Counted from the first letter of the stretch, positions 39,850 through 54,324 are shown. The stretch: 64,000 bases of DNA from Antedon mediterranea (GCF_964355755.1 NC_092679.1:2510201-2574200); one strand, 5' to 3'. Program-made: numbers and translations. The notes: generated by a model from the letters alone, not told the origin.

Positions 39850-40605
39850 GAGCTGATCTTACACAGTAACAATAAATATTTTGTTTAAACTTTCAATTTG
39901 CTTTATTCTTTTTATTTATTTAATTTTAATGTATATTTAATTTATTTTTAAAAGCTACAAAGAACACTGTTCAATTATCATACTTTTCTGATATCATGTT
40001 GAATTTTCTAAAACCATTGAAAATTACAAATCTTGATAAAACTTTATCTTCTTTGACCTGGAGGTAGTTGTATAATTAATTCTTCCCCGATTCCCAGGAG
40101 AGGTAAATCAACAACGTTCATTCTCTCATTTCGGCGATATTTACTTCAAGTTAATTTAGCAAGTATATCGATAAGATGAGTAAATGATTTAGCGATGGAG
40201 CGGCGTGGCCTTCAACTTGCGAGTATATTATAGCATGAATGACACCTTGATATCTCTCTCGATATCATGATGATTTATTTTACAAAACAAGTGCAGTGTA
40301 AAGCTTTGCTAACGTTTTTCAGAAAAAGACTACGATGACGATCAAGATTGATTGACGCAATTAAAAAGAAGAGGATGAGAGAGTTTAAAAAGCGTTACTT
40401 AATCAGATTGGTAATAATCTCTCTTAATAAACTGTTCCTAGTTTACTGACCAGCTACAGTGTTTGACCACTAAAATGGACATTTATGAACTCAATGATAT
40501 TACCTCGGTAAAGAGATATTTAACAATCTATGTGTACAATGAGAGCATTCTGTGGTAAGAAGTTGCTACATATGATTCCCTACCATGAAGTCACCATTGG
40601 TCTAA

Positions 40606-40747
40606 AGCTCTCTGTACAATATCAAATTAGTTTGACAAAAAAAATGTGATGTACTGTGCCCAAATATGGTAGTGATGTGCCCAAATATGGTAGTGATATG
40701 ACATCATCATGTCCATATATGGGCACATTTGTTTGTCATAAATGTTG
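40606..40747 (+). mobile_element. MITE family A, copy 9 (right TIR lost)
   Basis: Left TIR and (gtgatgtgcccaaatatggta) subrepeats. Confidence 0.85.
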
Positions 40748-43700
40748 TATCCATATTTATATTCCGACCGTTCATAGACTATTCTCAATCAATTGTAATA
40801 AACAAATACTTTCTGGAAAAACAAAAATAGAATTGTTTTTCACTTAAATCTGCATTTGATAAGAATAAACTAAATGACTATTTTAATTATTTATAGATCA
40901 AATTAATCATTTATTATCCAAATTTATTAGAGGTAGTATTTTGGACAAAACATTAGATAATGGTGAACTGCATGGCTATTGAAACCTGAAAATAGCATAG
41001 TGTAATTACCTATCACTTAGTCAAGGCCAAAAATACAGTGATATTATTACTCACACATGTAAATAGCAGTCAAATATTATCAGACGTAAGCTTTTATTAA
41101 TTTCACACTAAAATGAATACAAGTTCACTTAAAATCATCACTTTATTAAATATTAATATACTCTTTTACATTCATAAACAGTAACCATGGAAACATCAGA
41201 TTTTTAATGCGAATAACTCAAATGAAAAGATGACCTTGAAAATATAACCTTAAAAAAATCAACATGCGAAGTTAAGAATGTATTAAAAACGGGAGAATAT
41301 TCAAAAGAATACTCCCTCAGGTTCCGCAGCGAATTATCATCAGTCAGAAGAAAAGAAGATTAGAAAACCTTAGCACTAACGAAATAAAAATGATAATCTA
41401 AAACGTAATCATAGCATGAGAAAAAAGTCTCCACACGGAGGAATCGACCGCAAATAATTTAACATACAAATTATGTTTGGAGAGAATTTGATGAAGAATT
41501 TTGTAATATTCAACAACTATGAACAGGAGAAATTGTAATGTCTCCTTACATTGCTTGGCTTAATGAGCATTTTAAGTCTATTGAAAACCATCAATCATTT
41601 TCAACCCATTAGTAAGGCTTTGAACTTGCTGCAACACAGTCATGAATTCAAATACAATTTTCTAGCATCTCGACTCGTAATAAAAGCCAGCAACTAAACA
41701 CGCCAAATCGTCTCGGCTAATTCTTTATTTTGATTTTAAGTAACGCGCATATCAATACACTACAATGCAATCTTAATAGATGCTGATGGTTAAAAAAATA
41801 TAATTTTTTTTCCTAAACAAAAGAATGTAGTGATTTATCTATACAGTTATTATAACAATAGCTGTATTTTTGTCGCTTAAAATGTGATTATTGATTCCTA
41901 CTGTAGTTGAATCTTCTAACAAAAATGTTTTATTTATTAAAAATAACGCTTCTGTTGTTTGGAGATAAATATTATTATAAGATATATATATGTATTTGTT
42001 GAAAGACAAATAAAATGTTATGAGGTGAGACGATGGAATACTGTATCTTAGGCAATAAAATGCATTCAAATTTGTTATATACAATATATTTAATATCATT
42101 CACTGTTGTTATGGCTATGTATTACCATAATGTAAAAAAATTGTATCATTTAAATAAAATACAATTTAAATTAAGAAATTTGAAAAATTATTGTGAATAT
42201 TTATTTTATCTGTGTTGGTTGTAATAAATTTCAATAAAAAAAATTAGCAAAATAAAAAAATGTAAAAAAAATTAATAATAAAAATAATCGAATTTAAATC
42301 AGTAAAAACATTTTGTGTTTGAAATTTACTGCATTTTAATAGAACATTTAAAAGTATTCATGTTGAAGATTAAACCCGAATCCACAACTTAATGCTGTTA
42401 AATTTAATGTTTAGAGAAAGGTTTTAAAAGATTTCACGACAGGAATAAATATAATAATAAATTTAAACATAGCAGAAATAATTTAAAACATATCACTTCA
42501 AATCTGACGAGAACATGCATTATTATATACTAAGAATACATGCAGTTTAATTCTTTTAATTTGTAACTTTTTCCCTAAAAATTAACCGAAACATAAACTA
42601 ATCAGAAAGAATTAGCAAGAATAAAACAAGTTTGCTTTTAAGTCTCTACTTAATGCTTAGCGATATAGACAACGATAAATCTAAGTTTACTTAGGAGACA
42701 GGAGTTGGAAATAATCTGTGGTAATCTGGAAAACATGCATGTAGCTTGCAGGCTTCAGATTTGTACTAATTTAGCACTAGAGAAAAAAAAAGACATCTCC
42801 TTCTGGGGGTACACAAATCTATCTAAACCTGTCAAGACAAAAAACCTGGCTCAAAGAATGTAAAACGAAAGAATCCATCATCGTTATTTACAATGTCAAG
42901 AAAAATTATCATTAAAAGAAAGTATTAACTTCAGTTATAAATTAGAAAACATACTAGAAAAGCCAGTATACATAGCAATAGGCGTTTTTAGTCAGGTATA
43001 GGAACTTTGAGACAACAATGCAACTTCGATCATATTCACTACACATTAAGATGATAAATATAAAAGGAAAAATCTGAAGAACCTAACTCATAACAGTCAT
43101 ATGGTATAATAAATTGATTTTTAATATAACAGAAAAAGAAAAATAAGTACTGACAATATTGACCAATGTTTTTCCTTCAAATAAAAATGGTCAAGTAAGA
43201 AAAATAATACTTAATAGAATCTTAAATATTCACTCTACTACTGTATATATATATATATATACAATATAAACATGTACCTAAAGATGGCAAGACCTAATAA
43301 GACACCTATATAATCTAGTCTTATATTAAATACTACGTTTTCTCTCTAAAATATATGCAAATTTCTGTAGATACAGCTCTCCTTATATGCACTATCCCTA
43401 ACATATATTAAAAAGGCACATTCGATAAGAATGAAATTACTGTACCCTTGGTAGCATCTGAGAAGAACGACCGTATAGCGCCATAACTCTTGTTTGTTTA
43501 TAAAGTTGACAACGAAATTATCACCTCCGGGTACTGAATCTCAGAGTGTCAAGTATATTAATGTTGGTTATTAAAATGAAATGCTGTATTTGAATCAATG
43601 TGTCTTTAGATTTACTACAGGGCACAGCATGGCTTGTGTCAATCACTTTGGAAGCCTAGCTACACCCTTACATACCTTATGAGAAGGTTGCATGGGAGAG

Positions 43701-44879
43701 TGTACACCCAGTGGGTGCAGCAGGAGTTTACCCTGCTGCAGCCCGACATGAACAACCAGGCCTGACTCCACCATTAATGAGATCCAGGCCTACGAAGTAG
43801 GTTTTAACTAGCATTAGCATGGTTTAACCAGGACTAGAATTAATTGAAACACTCAACTCTGATATTAGGTAAATAGTGCATTGTCTGGCCACCTCGTTCA
43901 CCCAGAGACAACAAGTCCAGACAGCCTATGTAGCATATTAGGTAATTAGCATAGGCATGATTATAGACTTAACTTTAGAGAGAACAAAGACATCCGTAGT
44001 AATAATAGTATCCCTTACTATTAAGGCTTCCTTACTGAACATTAGGGCCCTGCTTTGGATTAACTATTATTGGGAGAGGATTACTGACAAAGTAATACTA
44101 TTGTGTCGCACCAGTGTTTATACTGACGTAATCAATGTGGCTATTCAAAGAGAAGTCATAGATGTTTAGTATACCTACTGCTGACAGCAAACAGATCATG
44201 TCATGATCATCATACTCCTGAAATCAAGTACACAAACCTATACTCAATAAAACCTCATAGCAGCTATTGACAGCCAAAACATGACAGCATGGTGTTCAAT
44301 ATAGACAACTTAACAATAGGACAAACATATATTCAAATGTAAAGATTGCCTCTTTAAACTTTACAGTACAATGTACAATATTGCTTTAATCTGTACCACT
44401 AAAAACCAGACAATTAAATCAATATAATTCAATAATATTGATAGATAATGTAAGTGCTGACCCAGCCCGAGAAAATAAGCATATATGCTTATCTTTGATG
44501 ATGATACCATACTAAATAGAAGCTTTACTCTTTAGTATTATAACAGTGGTGATAATTACTTAATTAACAGCCAACATACTTGGGATCTATCTAATAAGTC
44601 TAATTATTTTGTTCATTTGCCACCTGTCTGGTCTACTTAATAAACAGTCCAACAAACAACAAGACAGCAGTGCAGTCTGCCTGTCTGTCTGTCCCCTATA
44701 ATATTAGAGCACATTCTGAAACAATACATTAAAATCAGCATAATCCTACTGTATATTAAATTCCATCACACACTTTATCATATCAACCTATTTTTTTTTA
44801 CAAATGTCACAAAGTTTTTAAAAAAATGTATAAATTCCTTCTTTACAATCATAAACATTTTGAGTCTACTACTATAAAA

Positions 44880-45032
44880 ACTTGTCTACACTATCAACCT
44901 TTATGTGACAAAAAAATGTGATGCTCATGACCGTGTTGATGTCATATCACTACCATATTTTGGCATATCACTACCATATGTGGGCACATTGCACTTATTT
45001 GGTCAAACTAGTTTGATAACATAGACAGAGCT
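44880..45032 (-). mobile_element. MITE family A, copy 10 (reverse)
   Basis: tgtctacactatcaa...agtttgataacatagacagagct. Confidence 0.87.
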
Positions 45033-47282
45033 TTAAGCAAAAATGGGTTATGTATCGCATACAAAATATACTACCGTACATATACAAACATAGAAAAATG
45101 ATATTTACCATTACAAATATCATATGGTAGACAACTCTCTATATTTGGTATCAATTTAATCATATTTTCCTCCTTTATAAATCAATAAGAATTTAAATAT
45201 AATGTCAATGTTAAACGAAATAAAAAAGTGATGACGAATGGTGGCAGTAATGAATTCCCGCACACGCAAATACGCTTTCAATCTGCGGCTAATTGATGTA
45301 GAATTGTTGCTGTACGATCGATTCAAAGAATTTCTAATACTGAAATCATGAAATCATAAAAAAAAACACCTCAGGGGTTATTTTTAAATTGAGATCGATT
45401 CTATACTTAATATGAATGTTGTATTATAAATATTTTTACTTTAGACATAATCAATTTTAAATACATCATTGTTCCAAGGTGAATATATACTATTGATGGT
45501 CTGTTGACTTGATATTATTAAGTAAAGCTTAAAACATCGATAATTTATTGTAAAAAATTAAATTACTTTGCATTTGTATCAACTTAATTTATTTAAATAA
45601 CCTACGGTAACAAAATGTGGTCAATTTGAATAAACATCATTAACTATAAAAAAATTAAATTATTTTGCAATTTCTAAATGCAAGTATCAACTTTAATTTA
45701 TTAACAGTAACATAAGCGTGGTCATTAAATATGTTGATTATTACAATAAAAATAAAGATTAAACATCATTCATGTAAACAAATTAAATTATTTTGCATTT
45801 TCTAAATCAATCATAATTCAAGTTATCAAATTATATTAGCTTAATTTAATGTATGTATGTGTATCCAAATATGGGCGTTTATACTTTAAAAATATATTCT
45901 ATGTGCTGTACCAATTCAAATGTATGTTTTACTATGAATAACAATTTAAAAAAGTTAAATGTCAAGAACATGGGTTTTACGGATTCCATTGAAAGTGTGT
46001 ATATATTATTACCAAGCTACGTGACATAGCAAGCGCTCCGCTCACCAGGACGCCGCCCACTTCTGATATTAATTTTAAAATGGAGCCCATCTCCTAGGGA
46101 CGCACTGTTTAACGGTCTGGCCTGCAGATATGATTTTCTTTATAAAAGTGTTTACATGACATGCTATGGAAAAAATCTCACAATATCAAAACTAAAATAG
46201 GAAAAATAAATAAAACAAACTTTGGTAAAGATACTGGTATTAATATCATTTTAATAGCTGGTTAGTGTAAGATGAGGTTCTTGCTTAAAGTGATACCCAT
46301 GGTGACAAAACAACAAGTGGTTCCCAAAAACAAACTATCACTTCCAAAATCAAAAATTGAAATAACTTTAAAAATACACGAGTCAATGAACTAAGTTTTT
46401 TTTCTTGCAAGAAATTAATTCAAATTTTACATAAAGTATTTATTTGCCTTTTATTAGTTATATACTAAAGGTAAGTAAAAGTGATACACACTGTTATACA
46501 TACTTATTTATTGTGTATTTATTATCATTATTATTATTGTTTGTTATTAATCTGTGTTTAGTATTTATCTGTGTATATTGAACAAATTAAGCAAGCAGAT
46601 AAACAAATTCACAACAGAGAATAGCAATTCAGCACTATTTTGCTTATCTATGACTAAAAAAAAATTTTTTTTTTTATGTTGTTACTTGGACTTTTTGCCA
46701 AATAATTATCGCTTTTTAGCGTTCTTGGCCTCAATTCAGGACTGGCATGTTCAAATAAATGATCACCGAGGGCTAAGCCATCAGGCCTAACAATCTAGAA
46801 CTAGAGCGGTTTAAACTAGATTAAGACAGATCATGCAACCTAGAAGAAAGTTATAAAAAATAAATAAATAAATAGTTCACCTAATAATGCCTAAGGATTC
46901 ATTGCATAATGCATGGCCTTTGCTGAAAACCCACTGAAAACAACAAACCTGAAAAAGAGATAAGACTTTCCACATGATTATTCATTTATATTGTCGCCTC
47001 AGGCTGATTAATACCCATTTTATATAGGCCTTTCTCACCTTATTGGAGGAGCACAAGTGCCCTCCTGTTGGGCTTGGCCAAGGGTGTTGCTAATAGGCGT
47101 GGCCTTGGCGAGTTGTTTTCCTGCCTATGGAGTGCTCATCAGGGGAACAAAAGCTTTGTAAAGTAACCCACCCAGGTTTTAATAGATTCTGGAGTCGTCT
47201 AAATTAGTGAACTTTGATAAATTAATCAGATTTTAAGAACACAACTGTACCACATTTGGTGATGAAATAACTTAATCAAATA

Positions 47283-47555
47283 CTATTGCACTCTCCCAAC
47301 AGCAGACTCCCTGAAAACCAGAAAAACTCCACCAAAACCAGACTTTTTTTTTAGGTCCAAAGGGTTCAAAATTTCTTTTTACCATTAAAAACACATTCAG
47401 AAAACAGGAAAATCTCCCAAAACCAGACTTTTCTTCAGGCCCAAAAGATCCCAAATTTCTTTCTACCATTACAAACAAATTCAGAATACCAGACTTTCCA
47501 GAAAACCAGACATATTTGGCTAGCTCAAGGTGTCCGGTATTGGGAGAGTTGACTG
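47283..47555. mobile_element. Tc1/mariner-pogo-like MITE (TA flanks)
   Basis: Right end gtccggtattgggagagttgactg|TA; degenerate left end TA|ctattgcactctcccaacagcagac; internal ~80-nt duplicated aaaaccagactttt block. Confidence 0.6.
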
Positions 47556-47906
47556 TACTATAACCTGAGCTGTTGTCTCACCTATAACATTGTTAAAAAC
47601 TATAATACGATTATCTATCCAAACCAGCGTCAATCATACTTTTAAACAATTATTATATTTGAACTACTACATGACAACCATTATGCCACTAATATCATTC
47701 ACTGTTTTATATGTTAACTATTAATAAACTAAAGGTTGTAAAGATCAACTCACATTACATATATATGTACAATCTATTGAATAATTAACACATTGCTGTT
47801 GATAAGCACAAGATATCTATGTATTGTGTAACTAAAATTGATTATATGTCTCCGTTTCTCTGTAGTGTGTGCTCACATGAAAACGATATTTGATAACCTT
47901 TGCTAA

Positions 47907-48055
47907 AGCTCTGTCTACACTATCAAACTAGTTTGACAAAGTGTGATGTTCCCAATTATGGTTGGTAGTGATATGCCCAAATACGGTTGTGATATGACAT
48001 CATCATGTCCATATATGAGCACATTATATGTTACATAAAATATGTAGACAGAGCT
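47907..48055 (+). mobile_element. MITE family A, copy 11
   Basis: TAA|AGCTCTGTCTACAC...TGTAGACAGAGCT|TAA direct TSD. Confidence 0.9.
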
Positions 48056-48361
48056 TAAAGGCCAGGTAAGGGCCAAAAATTTCTATTGATCATATATTCA
48101 AATAATTATCGATCTATAGTTTCCCCTATGTTTCATAATTTGATTTCTGTTGTACAAATATTTTATTTATTATATGTACAATTAACAAACAAGATATTAT
48201 ATTTAAAATGTATGCCTGTATCCGAGCTTTAAGACTTATATATTCCCACATTAAATCCAGGCAACAACTGTAAACATATCTCACTTCTGTAGCATACACT
48301 CAACTCATTTGAAACACACAATCACCAGGGATATTTTATAGTACTCTATCCATAGCCTTGT

Positions 48362-48471
48362 AACTACCACAGTGCCACACACTCGGATACCAATCCCACT
48401 CATCGATAAGCCCACAACTACCACAGTGCCACAAACTCGGATACCAATCCCACTCATCGATAAGCCCACAA
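48362..48471. repeat. 54-nt tandem duplication
   Basis: aactaccacagtgccaca.actcggataccaatcccactcatcgataagcccac x2, with one mismatch. Confidence 0.93.
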
Positions 48472-48983
48472 TACATACTACATTAAGTCCATCTTCACAT
48501 CCAACCCACTCATTTCATCTTTAAAAATTACAGCCTAGTAAATTATAATTGACATTCTATTTTTCCATAATAAAAGATTGAACATTATAATTATATTTTT
48601 CCAATGTTTGAGTATGAACAACATTGTCTCCTTTACCATATTTAGTTCATATAATATCTTTTCAAGTTCATCAAAGCAATGTGTGAATGCTTGTCTATTC
48701 AGAACAAAAAAATGAACGCAATGTGAACAAATGCTATCAACCATGGAAATATTTACAATACAAGAGGATGGCAAATAATAGTCATAATCTTTTATTCATT
48801 AATTTATTCGTAGCTCTTTTGTACTGAAAGGTGACGCTATGAAGTGTTAACTGATCCTCAGGGAATATTGTTATAATACATGCGAATTTATGAAATCTTA
48901 AAATGATGATTTACTGTCAATCAAGTTGTATAACATTTGGTTCTTAATTAAAGTTATTAGAATGCTACGTAAATAGTATTAGT

Positions 48984-49391
48984 TACCATAGTGGTAACAC
49001 AGAGGTACCATAGTGTTAACATAGTAGTACCATAGTGGTAACACAGTGGTACCATAGTGGTAACACAGTGGTACCATAGTGGTAACACAGAGGTACCATA
49101 GCAGTAACACAGTGGTACCATAGTGGTAACACAGTGGTACCATAGTGGTAACACAGAGGTACCATAGCGGTAGCACAGTGGTACCATAGTGGTAACACAG
49201 TGGTACCATAGTGGTAACACAGTGGTACCATAGTGGTAACACAGAGGTACCATAGTGGTAACACAGAGGTACCATAGAGGTAACACAGAGGTACCATAGC
49301 GGTAACACAGAGGTACCATAGTGGTAACACAGAGGTACCATAGAGGTAACACAGAGGTACCATAGCGGTAACACAGTGGTACCGTAGTGGT
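48984..49391. repeat. 22-nt minisatellite (TACCATAGTGGTAACACAGWGG), ~18.5 units
   Basis: Read directly; explains the three overlapping minus-strand ORFs. Confidence 0.97.
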
Positions 49392-49804
49392 ATGAACAGG
49401 TATAAATGGTAATGATGGAAGTAGTATACACAGCATATGTTAGTATTACACATTATGACAGCATAGCTTGAAAAAAGATATACTAAAATGGTTCTAAAAA
49501 GTATTAAAATCAAACTACTGTATTACTGTTATTGTTAATACAATTTATGAACAATATTAATTAGCAAATGGGCTAGTTTAAATGAGAGACTTATTTTTAC
49601 TACTGTAAATGGCTGAAGACTACAAAACAATCATCACAGTTAGTTAGTGAATATCTATACACATCTTCAAAACCAATAAGTATTGTAGTAATGTAAAAAC
49701 CAATAATTATGAAATTGGGGTAGTTTGCAGTATTTATCACAACACAGATTTGTTTACAATTAAAGATAGTATACTATAATGCTTTGCAGTAATATTTTGG
49801 GCCA

Positions 49805-49845
49805 TGTACGGCATACTGTACGGCATACTGTACGGCATACTGTAC
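49805..49845. repeat. 12-nt tandem repeat (TGTACGGCATAC) x3.4
   Basis: Read directly from the sequence. Confidence 0.9.
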
Positions 49846-50331
49846 AAAGAGTCCCAAATAACATGCAACAGATCACTGCAAACTAAGGGGTACCTCAAAA
49901 AGTGTAATGAAACACTTCCTGATTGATGGATTTTTTTCGTTTATTAACCTTGATATGATAAAATATTATCTTGGCAAAAGAATATCATAAAAATGTGGCA
50001 GCATATGGTACCAATATGTATGTATTTCTGATAACCGAGAAGTCACAGATCAAAACATAATGCATAAATCAATACAGATTTCAATAGGAAGCTTTTGAAT
50101 TGCAACGACCTATGACCTACGCACTGATGAGACCTAGAAACCACCAAAACTGTGTCAAAGGAAGATTGACGAAGCACGACCTAACGTTCATGCATGCGCA
50201 CAATGAATTATCATGATTGAACTTGTTGCTAGACATTGATCGTTGCAAAATAAAAGCTCCCTAAAAAGAGTAAAATTACGCATTGGTACGTGTACACAAG
50301 TTAAAAGAAAAATTGAGTTTTTTCTACTTAC

Positions 50332-50493
50332 AGATTCAAGGAGTCTTGAGTCGGGATGATTACTATCGGTTGGCGATACTGCTCCGAGACTTTTGCCTAA
50401 TCCGTCTCGGTCATCTATAACAAGGTCTATCGGCATTTTACCTTTTAAACAGTTTATGTATCTGTGGCAGAAATTGTCGCACAGTTCATGAAC
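50332..50493 (-). CDS. Meis: Meis exon, end of MEIS-B domain ([54 protein letters not shown])
   Basis: T-tract-gtag|GTT...TCT|gtaagt; 162 nt, phase 0-0. Confidence 0.96.
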
Positions 50494-52617
50494 CTACAAA
50501 AAAAAAAAAATCAGTATGATATCTGAAATTCTTAGAATGATTGCCAACACATATTGAGTAGGTAACATGAGGTAGAATGGTAGCAAGAGGGGTGTCAAAG
50601 TGTACAGTAGCAAAAGATTGTTATGTGGTTTTAATATTACTTAGACAACTTTTTTTCAGTTTAAAACTAACATAATCAACACAATATTCAGCATTTTTAA
50701 ATACACAATGGCCTGATTTCCCATAAAAAATATACAATACAAGCAGGAAAGCATCAAATCTAAAACAACAACTGTTTTCTTACTAAGAGTAAGACTATAA
50801 CAATACATATTTTTATCAAAAAACTTTAAAAGCCTCATAAAAATACTAAATTTCATTATTTACTGCACATACCACTAAACTATATAGAAAACAATTTAGT
50901 ACAATATTATAAATATCTATTAGACAAGAAAAAAGCATACCACTGAGGAGGTGTCTATTCCGTTCGATGCCATCAAATAGAATGATGCGACTAACTAACT
51001 ATCAATTAATTGTCGAAACAACGATCGCGGTATACATAATACATTTTACAATCTTAATTCATTTTAAGCAGTAGAAAATTAACAAGCTTGTCCTCCAATT
51101 ATTAAGAAGTATATGTAAGTGTTAACATGTTTAGAATGGGAGACAATTGCCAGGCCGTTGAAGTAGTCTTGGTTGTTGATGAAACTGCAGGTGCAGGCAT
51201 GCTTACCATTTAAACAGTAATTGTTGTTCCTGACAAGGAGGTAATCTGTTGCACAGTGTATAAAAGGGATGTTATTTTACAGTAATTATTCGTAACAAGA
51301 AACATTTATTTGGGAAGCTAGTACTTTGACGGACATCGTAGCATCTGAATGTTTTTGACAGCTCGTTTAATTGAAAAGCGTACTTTAATCATTGTTTCCT
51401 TCAGTTTCTACGTCGAAGAAAGATAATCCACCAACTAATACAGCGTAATCAAGAAAATAGCCATGTCAGCGTGGATGAGGCGTGCAGAGCCACGAGCTCT
51501 TTTTGACTTCCTTGCGGTAATTAAGGGATCTTTAGATTAGGAATAGACCCACGAGATTTCACAACGTAGTAACAACTTAATTATCTCAAGAAAATTCCTT
51601 TACTTTCTCAGGAAAATTTGACAGTAAACCTTTAATTGACTCAAAGCATATATCTCTATTAATTTCATATTTTTGAACCCGAGAGAGTTTATAATTTGAC
51701 TTATTATGAAGTTTGTTCGCTTAAGCACTGAGGGGAAAAATATTAGACGAAGATACTAAACACACTGCGTTGTTTAGTTTGAACACGGCGACTGTTTTTC
51801 TTCTTCTTCACACATGTATCTTCTCAATATACGACAAATTCATTACCGTGGTATGTGTAATTGGTCAATTTAAGTTAAATATGAGCAATTAACGATAATA
51901 AACATAATTATTTCGCATCATTTATCATCAGTAGTAAGCAAGCTAACCAAGTAAATGCCATATTGCTTTAATATCATCCACAATTGTTAACAATCAATTG
52001 GCAAGGAGAAATTAAGATACATTGCTGTAGCTGCACAATCTAGCTTCTAAAGGTAATCGTACACTCATTTCAAATAATGTATGCACAAGTTAATGTGTAT
52101 GCACACGTGAACTTTGACCTCTGTCACAACCGAGAGTAAACATAACGATAAATGTGTTGCTTGGAATCTAATGTATACTCAATTAACAAGATTCAGAAAT
52201 GATATGTACCCTATGGAACGCAAAGTGAAAGGTTCACTAAAGATGTTGTATCTTAATGTGAGCGATTGAACATCAGAAAAAATAATAAATTGCGGGGGTA
52301 GGACAAATTCACAAATGAACATATTCATTTCTCTTTATTTTACTGTACTGTAGATATTTTGGAAAATACCAAATGAATACAGAAAATTGTATATGGTTTT
52401 TAATGTAAATTTAAATTGCATGCTATTTTCAATATTTATTATAATATCTAATCTAAAATATTTTTTAATTTAAAATTTCTGATATTGACAGGTTCAACTG
52501 AATGATGATGAATCTCAATGAGTTTCCAATTACTTTTTTTAAATAATACTGTAATGATGAATAAATGTAAAAGATATTACTTATGTATATCGTAGTATAA
52601 TGTATATTGTCTAGTGT

Positions 52618-52945
52618 TGAAACACTGACTTTTAACACTGACTTAACACAGATCTAAACACTGACTTGACAAAGACCTAGACACTCGACTTAAGTTAGTG
52701 TTTAGTCCACAGACCTAAACATTGACTTAACACCGACTCAAACACTGGTTGACTAAAACACTAACTTAACAAAGACTTACTGTAAACACTGACTCAAATG
52801 TTGATTGGCTAAAACACTGATAAAACACCAAGTTAAACACAAACTTAAACACTGACTGAAGAAAGAAACATTTGACTTAAAAACCCGAGTTAAACACTGC
52901 CTTAAACACTGACTTAAACACAGAGTTAAACAAAGGACACTAACA
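52618..52945. repeat. Degenerate ~12-nt repeat array (TAAACACTGACT)
   Basis: Recurrent aaacactgact/aaacacagact units. Confidence 0.8.
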
Positions 52946-53972
52946 AATATTATTCCATTACAAAAGCATTCAAGATTGACATTATCATATTTTTCATCAA
53001 TGTTGAACATCAAGCTGTCTATCGATGCATATAATTTCACGATTTTCTTAACAACTGTAACTCTAAACTATACCTATTCATTTCGACACAAAACGTTTGT
53101 TAAAGAAGTGCGATACTATCCCTACTCCGTCGACACATGATTAGGTCGACACAATACTGAAGCCGAAACACCAGAAGTGATTTGCCTCAAATGAGAAAGT
53201 TTAACAGTAACAAGTAATAAACGCATATATTGGTATTAATAACAACAGCAATGTCAATGAAAAGGTGATTTCAAAGGCTTTCCACATAATGGTACTGCAC
53301 TAATAAACCCATGGCTTTGTGACGACTCTGTATCATGATACGATTTTAATAAAGCATGGCTTTGTGGCCGATGGCGGGTGAAGGCAAAGAGGAAACCAGA
53401 TCTGCCACTATTAGCAGGACAATCCATGACTTTGTGCATAATTGACTGGAAAACTGTGTAAAATACTCATTGAACCAGACTGAACTTTGCTAGCTTCTAG
53501 ACAATGCCATGCTTTTTCCACAACACAAGTTAATTTTAAGTATAAGTTTACCTAATGTAATGGAGCGGCGATATTAATCAATCATTTTAACATCAATGTT
53601 GAGAATGAATCATTAATATTTATTATTGAACTTTAATCAATGAGAAAGTGCAAGTAAATACTGCAATTTATATTTAGACAAGAATGTTTTTTTCCCTCCA
53701 ATCTTGGAGTAGGGATTTTATTGGGCTTTAGCAGTTCAGTACAGAACCCTGGTGATACTAGATTTGAACTTGTCACCATGGTGAGTTAGGTAATCTGCGT
53801 AAAACACAATAGACATGCATGTTGAAATCCATGCACACAAATGCTATAGGACGTTTAGATGGGCAGTTTACAGTTTTTAATATTGGATGAACCTATTCAT
53901 ATTATTTTAAATGGTGAATGTTAAGTTAAATATTAAACATCATAGCAATTTAAATGTTACTGATATACCTAC

Positions 53973-54023
53973 CTTTTCTAACTCTAACAGATGAAACCTT
54001 AGCACTTGAATGGATTGTATCAT
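53973..54023 (-). CDS. Meis: Meis 51-nt exon, MEIS-B domain (MIQSIQVLRFHLLELEK)
   Basis: tttctag|ATG...AAG|gtaggt, phase 0-0; near-identical to the conserved MIQAIQVLRFHLLELEK. Confidence 0.97.
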
Positions 54024-54324
54024 CTAGAAAAGAGAAAAATAAATAAATAATGAATAATAACAATGATAATTATTAAAATTTTTACATATATTTATAATAA
54101 TGATCATAATGTACTGTATATAAAGATTAAATTAAATAAACCATATTGAATAATTTTTTTTCTTATATTTGTTTTACTAAATTTTGATATTTGCATACAA
54201 CATAATTTACAAATAATAATTAAGAAGATTACAATATTCTTAATTCTTCACATTTTTTTTTTCTTACTTGTTTTCATTTTATTAGGTGTTTTTTGTAATT
54301 TTATAATAAAGGGACCACCTCAGT

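Noticed and set aside
47117-47143. Hammerhead-like CTGATGA...GAAA on the minus strand (also on the plus strand at ~50124-50140)
   Set aside because: No stem II closing pair and no stems I/III with an NUH cleavage site.
48957-49513. Three 150-165 aa minus-strand ORFs and a CRISPR-like periodicity
   Set aside because: Head-to-tail 22-nt minisatellite with no unique spacers and no cas genes; the ORFs arise because the unit has no stop codon.
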